DNA of 64,000 bases from Macrostomum lignano (Eukaryota), in NCBI GenBank assembly GCA_002269645.1, contig NIVC01001752.1:124001-188000 (forward strand). Reading direction: 5' to 3'. The stretch's first letter is position 1. Each line of letters begins with the position of its first letter. Under the pieces are notes generated by a model. The model was not told the DNA's origin. It saw only the letters and a program-made list of their open reading frames with translations, and did no database searches. The position numbers and the translations under genes are program-made. Shown here piece by piece: positions 24,348-37,260 of the stretch.

Positions 24348-25535
24348 TGCATGTACCGTGTAAACTCGAACCAGTTAGATTGTGAAGGGAAGGGATGGTT
24401 AACTGACTCACTAATGTACATGTACCATTAATTGATGTCTCGTCCTTTTCAATTTTCCATTTTCGATGATAATGTCAGCCTCGCTAATGCTATTAATATT
24501 TTTAAAAGTACATACTGAACGCGTATTATATTTTACAAGTCTACATGTACATGTTCATCACTTGGTGCAACCCTTGCTACATCATTTCAGTTCAAATGTG
24601 ACAATGGATTTTAGTAAAATTATTCGACATTAAATAACTAGCTAATTAGCAAACTAAAACAAAAATAACCCAGAAGGAAAAAGTTAACTATAAGAATGCA
24701 AACAAGCAAGAAATACATCATATCCGTATATTTCTGTAAAAGAAATAAATTCCTAGAACCTGTGAAGCTACCACGCTCACAAAGCGTACATGTACACTGC
24801 ACACACACGACATTTACATGTACTGCATGCATGTATAGCTTGATAATATGGCCAGGGCCTTTCACCGGAACCAATTAGAGATGCAGTGTTTCTACGAGTA
24901 TATGTCATTGTGTATATTATTTCGGAGTTATGTTTCGAAAATTATGAACAACCTTGGTTCCTTATTGAAATATTTATATTGTGTAAAGTTTAATTTATGT
25001 ATAACTTTGGTATTGGTTTCATTTTACACGTGGAAAGCATCGTGAAACTCATAAAAATCGATTGCTCAAACTAACACTATGCAGTCAATTCGAATTGAGT
25101 TAAAATTACTTCGGTGGCAGGTGCATCGCGTCTCGCAGCTGGGTGATCGCCTTCCTCACCACCTGCTCGCTGGAGTTGTCGCTGCTCATCGCCCTGTCCA
25201 GCGGGCCGGAGACGCTGCTCCGCTCGCGCGCAACTCGACGCTTGAGCACGAAACTCGGCTGTCTGGATGACGATTTTCCGGCTTTAACGATGCCGGTAGA
25301 GGTGGAATTGTCCGGCTGCGTCAGCACGTTCGAGTAGATCACCTGGCTGAACGGGTAGCGCTTGCAGAAACCGCTCAATTCCGCTGATGGCATCGCCTGA
25401 TCATCGGGTTGTCCGTCTGTAGCTGCTGCAGCAGGAAATTGCTTCTTTGTGTGAGTTGTGTAATAGCGAGCCGTTAGCAAGGCGTTGGGCGTCAGTGAGA
25501 GACTCGTCTGCAATGTTTTTCGGAGAAGTTGATGT

Positions 25536-26417
<882 letters not shown>

Positions 26418-26614
26418 GGTCCTGCTCAGAACTGAAAACTGACATACTTTATTTCCAAACAGAGAAAAATAATTAGCGCATATATACACTAGCATAAAAC
26501 TATTTTTTCTTTCTTTTTTGATAGTTCAGTTTCTTTTATAGTAGTAGCTAGGCTTTTTCAGCTTCGGGTGTCGACTAAATTCTCCATGGATAACTCTGCC
26601 CTAGAAAGGGCGAG

Positions 26615-27198
26615 AGGAGAGAGAGAGATGGAGAGGGAGAGAGAGAGATGGAGAGGGAGAGAGAGAGATGGAGAGGGAGAGAGAGAGATGGAGAGGGAGA
26701 GAGAGAGAGATGGAGAGGGAGAGAGAGAGAGAGATGGAGAGGGAGAGAGAGAGAGATGGAGAGGGAGAGAGAGAGATGGAGAGGGAGAGAGAGAGATGGA
26801 GAGGGAGAGAGAGATGGAGATGGAGAGAGAGAGATGGAGAGGGAGAGAGAGAGAGATGGAGAGGGAGAGAGAGAGATGGAGAGGGAGAGAGAGAGATGGA
26901 GAGGGAGAGAGAGATGGAGATGGAGAGAGAGAGATGGAGAGGGAGAGAGAGATGGAGAGGGAGAGAGAGAGATGGAGAGGGAGAGAGAGAGAGATGGAGA
27001 GGGAGAGAGAGAGATGGAGAGGGAGAGAGAGAGATGGAGAGGGAGAGAGAGAGATGGAGAGGGAGAGAGAGAGAGATGGAGAGGGAGAGAGAGAGAGATG
27101 GAGAGGGAGAGAGAGATGGAGAGGGAGAGAGAGAGATGGAGAGGGAGAGAGAGATGGAGAGGGAGAGAGAGAGAGATGGAGAGGGAGAGAGAGAGAGA
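26615..27198. repeat. GA-rich compound repeat (GAGAGAGAGATGGAGAGG-like)
   Basis: Variable-length GA runs punctuated by ATGGAGAGG. Confidence 0.95.
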
Positions 27199-27601
27199 GT
27201 TTCAAAACTGGTTTTGCGCGAGACCTCCAGAAGACGCAATATTGGTCCCGACTGCGGTCTTTTCTTTCCCAGCCGCCTGCCTGCTTTGATTCTAACGGCC
27301 TTTATAGTAGACAGCTTTGAATGGGGTATTAGTGAATGCAAGCGGGTGTTGAGATACGTAATGCGCTCTGACCTCTATAAAGTACTCAAGAAAGACAGAG
27401 ATGGAGAAAGAGTCTGGGGAGAGCCTATAAATTGTCTGCTATGGTGGACACAGGCACAAAAACAAATAATATGGACTTGTGAAGGTGATGCCCTACAATA
27501 CAATACAATACAACCATACAATATGGTTGAACCCACACTGTATGCCCTCCGATATGAAATACTCAGCCCTTGTATAAGACATTTAGAACCTCCGCGATCC
27601 A

Positions 27602-28562
27602 CAGGGGCGTCGTCATGGATTTTATGGTGGAGAGGGGACAAAGCCAAGAATTTTAAAAGTGCATGTACATGACTAATAAGTTCCTACTTGTACAATACAT
27701 GTATTTTTTAATCAGTGTCGCCAGCAATCATTTTAGCGCTGCAGGCACTCATTTTAGCGCAGCAGACACTCATTTTAGCGCCGCAGGCACTCATTTTAGC
27801 GCCGCAGACACTCATTTTAGCGCTGCAGACACTTATTTTAGCGCCGCAGACACTCATTTTAGCGCAGCAGACACTCATTATAGCGCCGCAGGCACTCATT
27901 TTAGTAGAGCCGCAGGCAGTCATTTTAGCGCCGCAGGCAGTCATTTTAGCGCAGCAGGCAGTCATTTTAGCGCCGCAGGCACTCATTTTAGCGCCGCAGA
28001 CACTCATTTTAGCGCCGCAGGCACTCATTTTAGCGCAGCAGGCAGTCATTTTAGCGCCGCAGGCACTCATTTTAGCGCCGCAGTCACTCATTTTAGCGCC
28101 GCAGGCACTCATTTTAGTAGAGCCGCAGGCACTCATTTTAGTAGAGCCGCAGGCAGTCATTTTAGCGCCGCAGGCAGTCATTTTAGTAGAGCCGCAGGCA
28201 CTCATTTTAGCGCCGCAGTCACTCATTTTAGCGCCGCAGGCACCCATTTTAGCGCTGCAGGCACTCATTTTAGCGCCGCAGGCACTCATTTTAGTAGAGC
28301 CGCAGGCAGTCATTTTAGCGCAGCAGACACTCATTATAGCGCAGCAGACACTCATTATAGCGCAGCAGGCACTCATTTTAGCGCAGCAGACACTCATTTT
28401 AGCGCAGCAGACACTCGTTTTGGTGCTACAGGCGCTATATTTTATTTTGTCGCCCAGAAGCAAAATAATTTATTTTCATAACAGGTCAACAAAGGTGGGG
28501 TGTGGGGGGGACAAACCGCTGGCCCCCTTGTCCCCCTGTCCCTCCTGGTGGCGAAGCCCCTG
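27602..28562. mobile_element. hAT-type MITE carrying ~33 units of a 21-bp minisatellite
   Basis: caggggcgtcg ... cgaagcccctg TIRs; internal (CACTCATTTTAGCGCCGCAGG)n at ~27720-28430. Confidence 0.85.
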
Positions 28563-28624
28563 GCCATCGATCCATTCTCAGACCTTTCTTGATGAAGAAG
28601 GAGCTCAAGAATCCGCATTCACCC

Positions 28625-29050
28625 GGTCACTCTGCCCATCAGTCGTCTGCATCTCAGCGCTCAAGCAGATCCTCTCCGATAGCATCTCGTGCAGCCAGTC
28701 GGGCACGCAAGCAACGATCGCATGCAGTTGACGCTTCAACGCTTCCCGTCGAAAGTTGTCGTCCGGACCGGGAGTCAACTGCAGCAGGTCGGCGGTGGCC
28801 TGTTGTACTGCCGCCAGCACTTCAGGCTCGTTCGACAGAGTGTTGCAGACGAATTCCACCATTGAACGGGCGTGCAGGCGCTCCCAGCGTTGGAGAAATC
28901 GTGCGATGAGTTGGCGAAGTTTACTGTCGATCAGCTGATTGTTGGAACTCACTGCCGTGTTGCTATGACGACGACGAGTTACGCGTGAAAATTGCTGGCT
29001 GTCCGGTGTGGGCACTGCGCCGTGCATGTCGAATATGAGAGGGCAAGATC
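28625..29050 (-). CDS. Hypothetical coding exon, unknown helical protein
   Basis: Open GC-rich frame bounded by acceptor tttttataaatag| and donor |gtgaat; no recognisable domain. Confidence 0.35.
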
Positions 29051-29439
29051 TATTTATAAAAATAACCAAAGCTTGAAGTTGTGTCTGTTGATAGCTCGTA
29101 TCGAACGCTTCAAATCCCTACGTTGGTGAATGGTGTGTTTCCGGGATGTATTTTTACCATAGACATAAATCTCAGGGTTAGATTCAGGTTAGGGTCAGGT
29201 GACGCATTGTTAAAAACAATTCAGTTTGTTCCAATCACAACTATAAGGGAGTCACTATGTAGCGTACTTAAAATCAATTGTTAATAACGACGGAGCAGTT
29301 ATTGAAGTTAAAATTTTCGGAGATTCTGTATGGCTCATCTCCTAGCATTAGGCGATTCTTTGTATGTAATCAAATTAGCGCAGTATCGTGCACAGATATA
29401 AAAACACTAGACATTTCACTCCGCATTGAGTTAAGACCT

Positions 29440-29850
29440 TTTTGTTTATTCGATTGCCTATTTTTTTATTTGATTGCCCTTTTTGTTTATTCGATTGCCC
29501 TTTTTGTTTATCTGATTGCCCTTTTTGTTTATTCTATTGCCCTTTTTGCTTATTCGATTGCCCTTTTTGTTTATTCGATTGCCTTTTTTGCTTATTCGAT
29601 TGCCCTTTTTGTTTGTTCGATTGCCTTTTTTGCTTATTCGATTGCCCTTTTTGTTTGTTCGATTGCCCTTTTTGCTTATTCGATTGCCCTTTTTGCTTAT
29701 TCGATTGCCTTTTTTGTTTATTTGATTGCCCTTTTTGCTTATTCGATTGCCCTTTTTGTTTATTCGATTGCCCTTTTAGTTTATCTGATTGCCCTTTTTG
29801 TTTATTCGATTGCCCTTTTTGCTTATTCGATTGGCCTTTTTGTTTATCCA
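29440..29850. repeat. 21-bp minisatellite (TTATTCGATTGCCCTTTTTGT)n
   Basis: About 19 units; degenerate relatives at 38650-38940. Confidence 0.95.
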
Positions 29851-30214
29851 AATGCTCTTATTGTGATAAATATTCATTGAAATTATTATTGTTTAGGATT
29901 GCATAAACATTGCAATAAATTTTACAATTTTAATACTAATATAGTATATCATTTTTAGTAGGTAACAGGTGGTTTATCGGTAGTCTCTGAAGGCCTCTCA
30001 CGCCAACTACCTTACACGCCTGCTACCCCTCTGCCACGACAGACAGAAGCTTCGAAGAACTGAGACAAGTCCTTTTCTTATGTTTGAGCTCAAACTCTAC
30101 TAAACTCGGCAGTGAAGAGCCTCGGCTCTTTCAATTGCATTGTATTTATAATGCTCGGCATTGTGCTCGGGGGCAGTGTTGGGGTGGTGGCGTGATATTT
30201 TTCGTTAGATACTG

Positions 30215-30715
30215 GTGTCACCTGTTAGATACTGATGTCACCTGTTAGATACTGATGTCACCTGTTAGATACTGATGTCACCTGTTAGATACTGATGTCA
30301 CCTGTTAGATACTGATGTCACCTGTTAGATACTGATGTCACCTGTTAGATACTGATGTCACCTGTTAGATACCCATGTCACCTGTTAGATACTGATGTCA
30401 CCTGTTACATACTGATGTCACCTGTTAGATACTGATGTCACCTGTTAGATACCCATGTCACCTGTTAGATACTGGTGTCACCTGTTAGATACTGATGTCA
30501 CCTGTTAGATACTGATGTCACCTGTTAGATACTGGTGTCACCTGTTAGATACTGGTGTCACCTGTTAGATACTGGTGTCACCTGTTAGATACTGATGTCA
30601 CCTGTTAGATACTGGTGTCACCTGTTAGATACTGATGTCACCTGTTAGATACTGGTGTCACCTTTTAGATACTGATGTCACCTGTTACATACTGATGTCA
30701 CCTGTTAAATACTGA
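30215..30715. repeat. 20-bp minisatellite (GTCACCTGTTAGATACTGAT)n
   Basis: About 25 units. Confidence 0.97.
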
Positions 30716-31329
30716 TGTAAAGTGTCGCTGGCAAACCCAACCGACCATTCTCCATCCGTTTCGAGTTCAGCAACAGAAAATCCTCAGTTATAAGCATTTT
30801 TCTGCAAAATATTTGCCATACAATTGCAAACTGAATTGAAAATCGTCAGAGAGCTCCGCTTGGTTTCCAGGCCTCAGCCCTGCCCTCCCTCCCCTCTCCA
30901 TCTCTCTCCCCTCGTGTCTCAGCTTCCGCCCCTTCACCCCTGCCCACTGGCAATGCACTTGCTATGCCGAGCACGCAGCCACAGTCAGCTCTCATTGTTT
31001 AACTCAGCAGAGCTCGCAGCATCTCACTGCTCCTGCATCTCTCACCCCGCTGAGCAGAGCAGCTGCCGGGCCCCCTGGCACCCAATGAGGCCTCAAACTC
31101 AGCCGCTGGGTCAGAGAAGAGAATCGGCCTCAGTCCATTTAAACAAATTTCTCTGCACAGGGAGAGCTCAGAGATTTCAGTCCGTGACAGCCGGACTTTT
31201 GCTGCTGCTGCTGAGCTGGCAGGCAAATTCGCTTGAAGAAGAGCAAAGCACTCAGTTTGAAGCCGTGTGGAACAGCTGCGGCAGACAGCAGATCGGCAGA
31301 CAAGCGCTGCTAGGAGAAGCAGTGTAGCC

Positions 31330-34300
31330 ATGGCTACAGAGATGGAGCGGAAGCTGAGAGCGGCGCTGGAGGCTGGAGACAGCGAGGAGCTGCAGCGACT
31401 GTGCGGTGAGGTCGGCAGCAACATCGAGCTGGAGGTGGGCGGCTTCGACAAGCAAGACTTTCCCTTTGAAGAGCTTTGCAAAATTCCGCTGGCCCATCAC
31501 GTGGCCTGCAAGCCGGTGAGCTCGTCGTGCCTGGAGCTGCTGATTGACAGATTCGGACCCGACTGTCTGACATATGGAAATGGTAGGCTTATTCGTGAGA
31601 CTCCAGTGCACTTGGCTGCCCAGCATCAGGACGAATCTTGGATGAAGCTGGTTAAAGAGAAGGGAGGCAGAGGCTGCTTGAGAATTGCCAATGAAGATGG
31701 AAAGACAGTCGCTCACTTTGCCGCTATGAACAGAAAAAGCAACTCTTGTCTGAAGTGGCTGGTGAAGGAGCTCGGCAGCGACTGTCTCACAGTTCCTGAC
31801 AAATACGGTAACACGGCCGTCCATTTGGCCGCTCAGCATCAGAGCATCGAGTCGCTGGAGTGGATCAAGAGACAGATCGGAACTGACTGCTTTCGGCTGA
31901 AGGGATTGTTGGATAGAACAGCATTTCACTTTGCTGCTAAGAAGTCTGACAATTCAAATCTGAAGTGGCTGGTGAAGGAGCTCGGCAGCGACTGTCTCAC
32001 AGTTCCTGACTCTAGAGGTGACACGGCCGTCCATTTGGCCGCTCAGCATCAGAGCATCGAGTCGCTGGAGTGGATCAAGAGACAGATCGGAACTGACTGC
32101 TTTCGGCTGAAGGGATTGTGGGATAGAACAGCATTTCACTTTGCTGCTAAGAAGTCTGACAATTCAAATCTGAAGTGGCTGGTGAAGGAGCTCGGCAGTG
32201 ACTGTCTCACAGTTCCTGACAAATACGGTGACACGGCCGTCCATTTGGCCGCTCAGCATCAGGGCATCGAGTCGCTGGAGTGGATCAAGAGACAGATCGG
32301 AACTGACTGCTTTCGGCTGAAGGGAGATTATGATAGCACAGCATTTCACTTTGCTGCTCGGAAGTCTGACAATTCAAATCTGAAGTGGCTGGTGAAGGAG
32401 CTCGGCAGCGACTGTCTCACAGTTCCTGACGAATACGGTCACACGGCCGTCCATTTGGCCGCTCAGCATCAGGGCATCGAGTCGCTGGAGTGGATCAAGA
32501 GACAGATCGGAACTGACTGCTTTCGGCTGAAGGGATTGTGGGATAGAACAGCATTTCACTTTGCTGCTGAGAAGTCTGACAATTCAAATCTGAAGTGGCT
32601 GGTGAAGGAGCTCGGCAGCGACTGTCTCACAGTTCCTGACAGATCCGGTACCACGGCCGTCCATTTGGCCGCTGAGCATCAGGGCATCGAGTCGCTGGAG
32701 TGGATCAAGAGACAGATCGGAACTGACTGCTTTCAGCTGAAGGGAGATGATGATAGAACAGCATTTCACTTTGCTGCTGAGAAGTTTGACAATTCAAATC
32801 TGAAGTGGCTGGTGAAGGAGCTCGGCAGCGACTGTCTCACAGTTCCTGACAAAGACGGTGACACGGCCGTCCATTTGGCCGCTCAGCATCAGCCAGTCGA
32901 CTCTCTTCAGTTCATTTTTGACCAAATCGGAGCCGAAATGTTCAGCTTGAAGAACAACAGGGGCGAAACACCGGCTGATGTTGTTGAGAGTTGGCGGTGC
33001 GAAACAGACGAGTCAGCAAAGCGGGCCTGGATTTCCTCCACGCAGCGGTGGCTCGAAGCCTCTCGGCCTCCCGCTGGCAGCTCAGCGCCGACTGCCGCCT
33101 CAGCTGGGTGAGTCCTGACTGAGAGCTGCTGCCTGACACTGAAAATACTGAAAATATTGTTTGGCGAAAATTCATTGCGCTTTGATGATCGGCGCCCTGA
33201 AATTCTCAGCAGCGCCGCAGTCAAGCGAGGGCGTCATGAATCTGTCAGTGCAGCTCCTCATGGCGCCTCCAACTCTCCATGGCGCCTCCAATCTCCTCAT
33301 GGCGCCTCCAACCTCCCCATGGCGCCTCCAACCTCCCCATGGCGCCTCCAACCTCCCCATGGCGCCTCCCAACCTCCCCATGGCGCCCCCAACCTCCCCA
33401 TGGCGCCTCCAACCTCCCCATGGCGCCCTCAACCTCCCCATGGCGCCTCCCAACCTCCCCATGGCGCCCCCAACCTCTCCATGGCGCCTCCAACCTCCCC
33501 ATGGCGCCCTCAACCTCCCCATGGCGCCTCCAACCTCCCCATGGCGCCCCCAACCTCCCCAGGGCGCCTCCAAACTCCTCATGGCGTCTCAAATCTCCCC
33601 ATGGCGCCTCCAATCTCCCCATGGCGCCCCCAACCTCCCCATGGCGCCCCCAACCTCCCCATGGCGCCTCCCAACCTCCCCATGGCGCCCCCAACCTCCC
33701 CATGGCGCCTCCAACCTCCCCATGGCGCCCTCAACCTCCCCATGGCGCCTCCAACCTCCCCATGGCGCCCCCAACCTCCCCAGGGCGCCTCCAAACTCCT
33801 CATGGCGTCTCAAATCTCCCCATGGCGCCTCCAATCTCCCCATGGCGCCTCCAACCTCCCCATGGCGCCCCCAACCGCCCACCCACATCTCAATCTGCAG
33901 TTTTTAAACACAAAGCATCAGCGAGTTCAAGTGCCATCAAACTCTTCGAAGTTTCAAACTCTCCGATTTTAGTAGGAATGTACTTGGTGTGATGTTGAAA
34001 ATATTGGCACTTGAATGATTTGAGAGCCTCCAATCTCTTCGTGGCGCCGCAATCTCCCGATCGCGCCCCCAATGTCCATACAGCGCCACCCAAAGCTCAA
34101 TCTGCAGGGGCTTCTTATTTACCAGAGGGTATGTACATGTACAAGATTTACTTCGACAAGCCTCTGGCACTGGCGTGAGTTCATTCAGCCCACACAGCTA
34201 CAGCACACAGCTACAGCACACAGCTACAGCACACAGCTACAGCACACAGCTACAGCACACACAGCTACAGCACATACAGCTGCAGCACACAGCCACAGCA

Positions 34301-36317
34301 CACACAGCTACAGCACACAGCTACAGCACACACAGCTACAGCACACACAGCTACAGCACACACAGCTACAGCACACACAGCTACAGCACACACAGCTGCA
34401 GCATACAGCTACAGCACACACAGCTACAGCACACAGCTACAGCACACACAGCTACAGCACACAGCTGCAGCACACACAGCTACAGCACACACAGCTACAG
34501 CACACAGCTACAGCACACAGCTACAGCACACACAGCTACAGCACACACAGCTACAGCACACACAGCTACAGCACACAGCTGCAGCACACACAGCTACAGC
34601 ACACAGCTACAGCACACAGCTACAGCACACAGCTACAGCACACAGCTACAGCACACACAGCTACAGCACACAGCTACAGCGCACAGCCACAGCACACAGC
34701 TACAGCACACACAGCTACAGCACACACAGCTACAGCACACACAGCTACAGCACACACAGCTACAGCACACACAGCTACAGCACACACAGCTACAGCACAC
34801 ACAGCTACAGCACACACAGCTACAGCACACAGCTACAGCACACAGCTACAGCACACAGCTACAGCGCACAGCCACAGCACACAGCTACAGCACACACAGC
34901 TACAGCGCACAGCCACAGCACACAGCTACAGCACACACAGCTACAGCACACAGCTACAGCACACAGCTACAGCACACACAGCTACAGCACACAACTACAG
35001 CACACAACTACAGCACACACAGCTACAGCACACACAGCTACAGCACACACAGCTACAGCACACAGCTAGAGCACACAGCTACAGCACACACAGCTACAGC
35101 ACACACAGCTACAGCACACAGCTGCAGCACACACAGCTAGAGATCACAGCTACAGCACACAGCTGCAGCACACAGCTACAGCACACACAGCTACAGCACA
35201 CAGCTGCAGCAGGCACAGCTAGTGATCACAGCTACAGCACACAGCTGCAGCACACAGCCACAGCACACAGCTACAGCACACAGCTACAGCACACAGCTAC
35301 AGCGCACAGCCACAGCACACAGCTACAGCACACACAGCTACAGCATGCAAATTATCCTCGTTGCTTCAATTCTCATCCACTCAGACCCGAAGGCCCCCCG
35401 TTCCTGGAACGCTGGGACACTATTCGCCTCATCGGCCGCGGCGGCTTCGGCGAAGTCCACGAAGTTCGAACTGACACGGGCGTCACGTGCGCTGCCAAGA
35501 CTCTCAGACTGCCTGTGCAGCTCGGTGATGAGCTGCCCTCTGTGAGCACAGAGATCCACAAAGCTGTCGAGAGCGAGAGAAACCTGTGCCGACTGCGACA
35601 TCCCAACATCGTCAGGTTCTTGCACATCGCTCAGCCGGAGCCCGCAACAGTCGTTGTGTTCATGGAGCTGCTGGACGGCCGGAGCTTGGAGAGGTTTATC
35701 GACAAGCCGCTGGACGAGCTGACGATTCGAGACTTCAGTGAGCAGGTGAGCATTGTGCATCCTTGATGCTCCTGTTCCATGTTCCCATGAATGATGACTG
35801 CTCACTGACCGACCGCTCGCAGATCTGCCGCGCGCTGCTCTACCTGCACAGACGGCAGCCGCCCGTGATCCACAGAGACATCAACTGCTCGAACATAATT
35901 GTTTGTGCTGACAACACGCGAATCAAGCTGATCGACTTCGGCCTGTCAATCAAGCTGGAGCAGTCAGTCAGCCACATGTCAGCCTCCACTCAGGCACCCA
36001 AAGGCACTCTGAACTTCATGGCGCCAGAGCTACTCGGAGCAGGAGAGTCGGACAGCGTGCAGTACAGCAGAGAGTCGGACATCTGGGCGTTCGGCTGCTC
36101 GGTCTTCCAGATGGCCTCCGGCGCGAGGCCCTTCAGAGGCAACCAAAGCGTCTATCAGGTCGCCTTGAAAATTGCAAACAGTGGCGCCCCAGCCCTGCCG
36201 GACGGCCGGTCCGCAGAGCTGAGGGATTTCTACAGCCGCTGCACCGCCAAGGACCGCAGGCAGAGAAAAGCCGCACGGGAGTTGCTTGAGCACGAGTTCC
36301 TGAGGAAAAACCTCTGA
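31330..36317 (+). CDS. Ankyrin-repeat Ser/Thr protein kinase (STE11/MEKK-like), 3 exons: 31330-33107, 35385-35745, 35823-36317; ~877 aa
   Basis: Phases match (GG|gtgagt ... ctcag|A CCC; CAG|gtgagc ... gcag|ATC), total 2634 nt; exon 1 has ~13-14 ANK repeats; kinase motifs GRGGFG, AAK, HRDIN, DFG, GTLNFMAPE, DIWAFG. Confidence 0.9.
31741..32890 (+). repeat. Coding tandem array of 210-bp units (two 35-aa ankyrin repeats each), ~5.5 units
   Basis: Units start at 31741, 31951, 32161, 32371, 32581 and 32791; identical apart from a few codons. Confidence 0.97.
33240..33880. repeat. ~20-bp minisatellite (CAACCTCCCCATGGCGCCTC)n in intron 1 of the ANK-kinase
   Basis: Tandem units; source of the PPHGA/MAPP ORFs. 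Confidence 0.95.
34190..35345. repeat. 12/14-bp minisatellite (CACAGCTACAGCA[CA])n in intron 1 of the ANK-kinase
   Basis: Tandem units ending ~40 bp before the exon 2 acceptor. Confidence 0.97.
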
Positions 36318-36829
36318 CTCTCAGTGCTGTCTCAACACTGTCGGGAGATTTTGGAGCTTTATGTTGGGCGTAAATCGAATGAGAACAAAATTTCTTTTTC
36401 TAAAATTAGCCTACACTTCAATCCTTTTAAACTCTTCCTTATTTTATCTCCATGGTGCTTTAATTGCTATGAAAGCATGTTCCTTTTTAGAGCGTAGCTG
36501 GCCATTCGAAAAGCTGAGAAACTGCAAATTTCTCGAGTAGACAGTGAGAAGACAAAAGAGGAGGGCACCAACCAGCACCCAACACTCACACAGCAACAAA
36601 GCAACCGAAATCATTTCCATTCTTCATCACAGCTCATGATCTCCATTCTCCATCAGATGCATCGAGTTTGTCATATCGGTAATTTATCAAAGCTACTCCA
36701 GCCTGAACGTGAGCTGTCACTTGGACTGCATGGATATTAGGCCACATGGGCATTACTTGTGCTCAATCCGATTTGCTAGCATGGGCACCGGCAGGGCTTC
36801 TGATGGAGCTCTAATTTTTCTCCATTGGA

Positions 36830-37260
36830 ATTGATGGAGAATGGAGAAGCTGAGCTGGGATCTGATGGAGAATAGAGAAGCTGAGCTGCGATCTGATGGA
36901 GAATAGAGAAGCTGAGCTGGGATCTGATGAAGAATAGAGAAACTGAGCTGGGATCTGATGGAGAATAGAGAGCTGAGCTGGGATCTGATGGAGAATAGAG
37001 AAGCTGAGCTGGGATCTGATGGAGAATAGAGAAGCTGAGCTGGGATCTGATGGAGAATAGAGAAACTGAGCTGGGATCTGATGGAGAATTTAGAAGCTGA
37101 GCTGGGATCTGATGGAGAATAGAGAAGCTGAGCTGCGATCTGATGGAGAATAGAGAAGCTGAGCTGGGATCTGATGGAGAATAGAGAAGCTGAGCTGGGA
37201 TCTGATGGAGAATTTAGAAGCTGAGCAGGGATCTGATGGAGAATAGAGAAGCTGAGCAGT
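36830..37260. repeat. 31-bp minisatellite (GAGAATAGAGAAGCTGAGCTGGGATCTGATG)n
   Basis: About 14 units. Confidence 0.95.

Noticed and set aside
34072-35766. 564-aa ORF appearing to fuse an H/S/T/Q repeat to a kinase N-lobe
   Set aside because: The repeat part is intron 1. A clear acceptor at 35384 is phase-compatible with the ANK exon donor.
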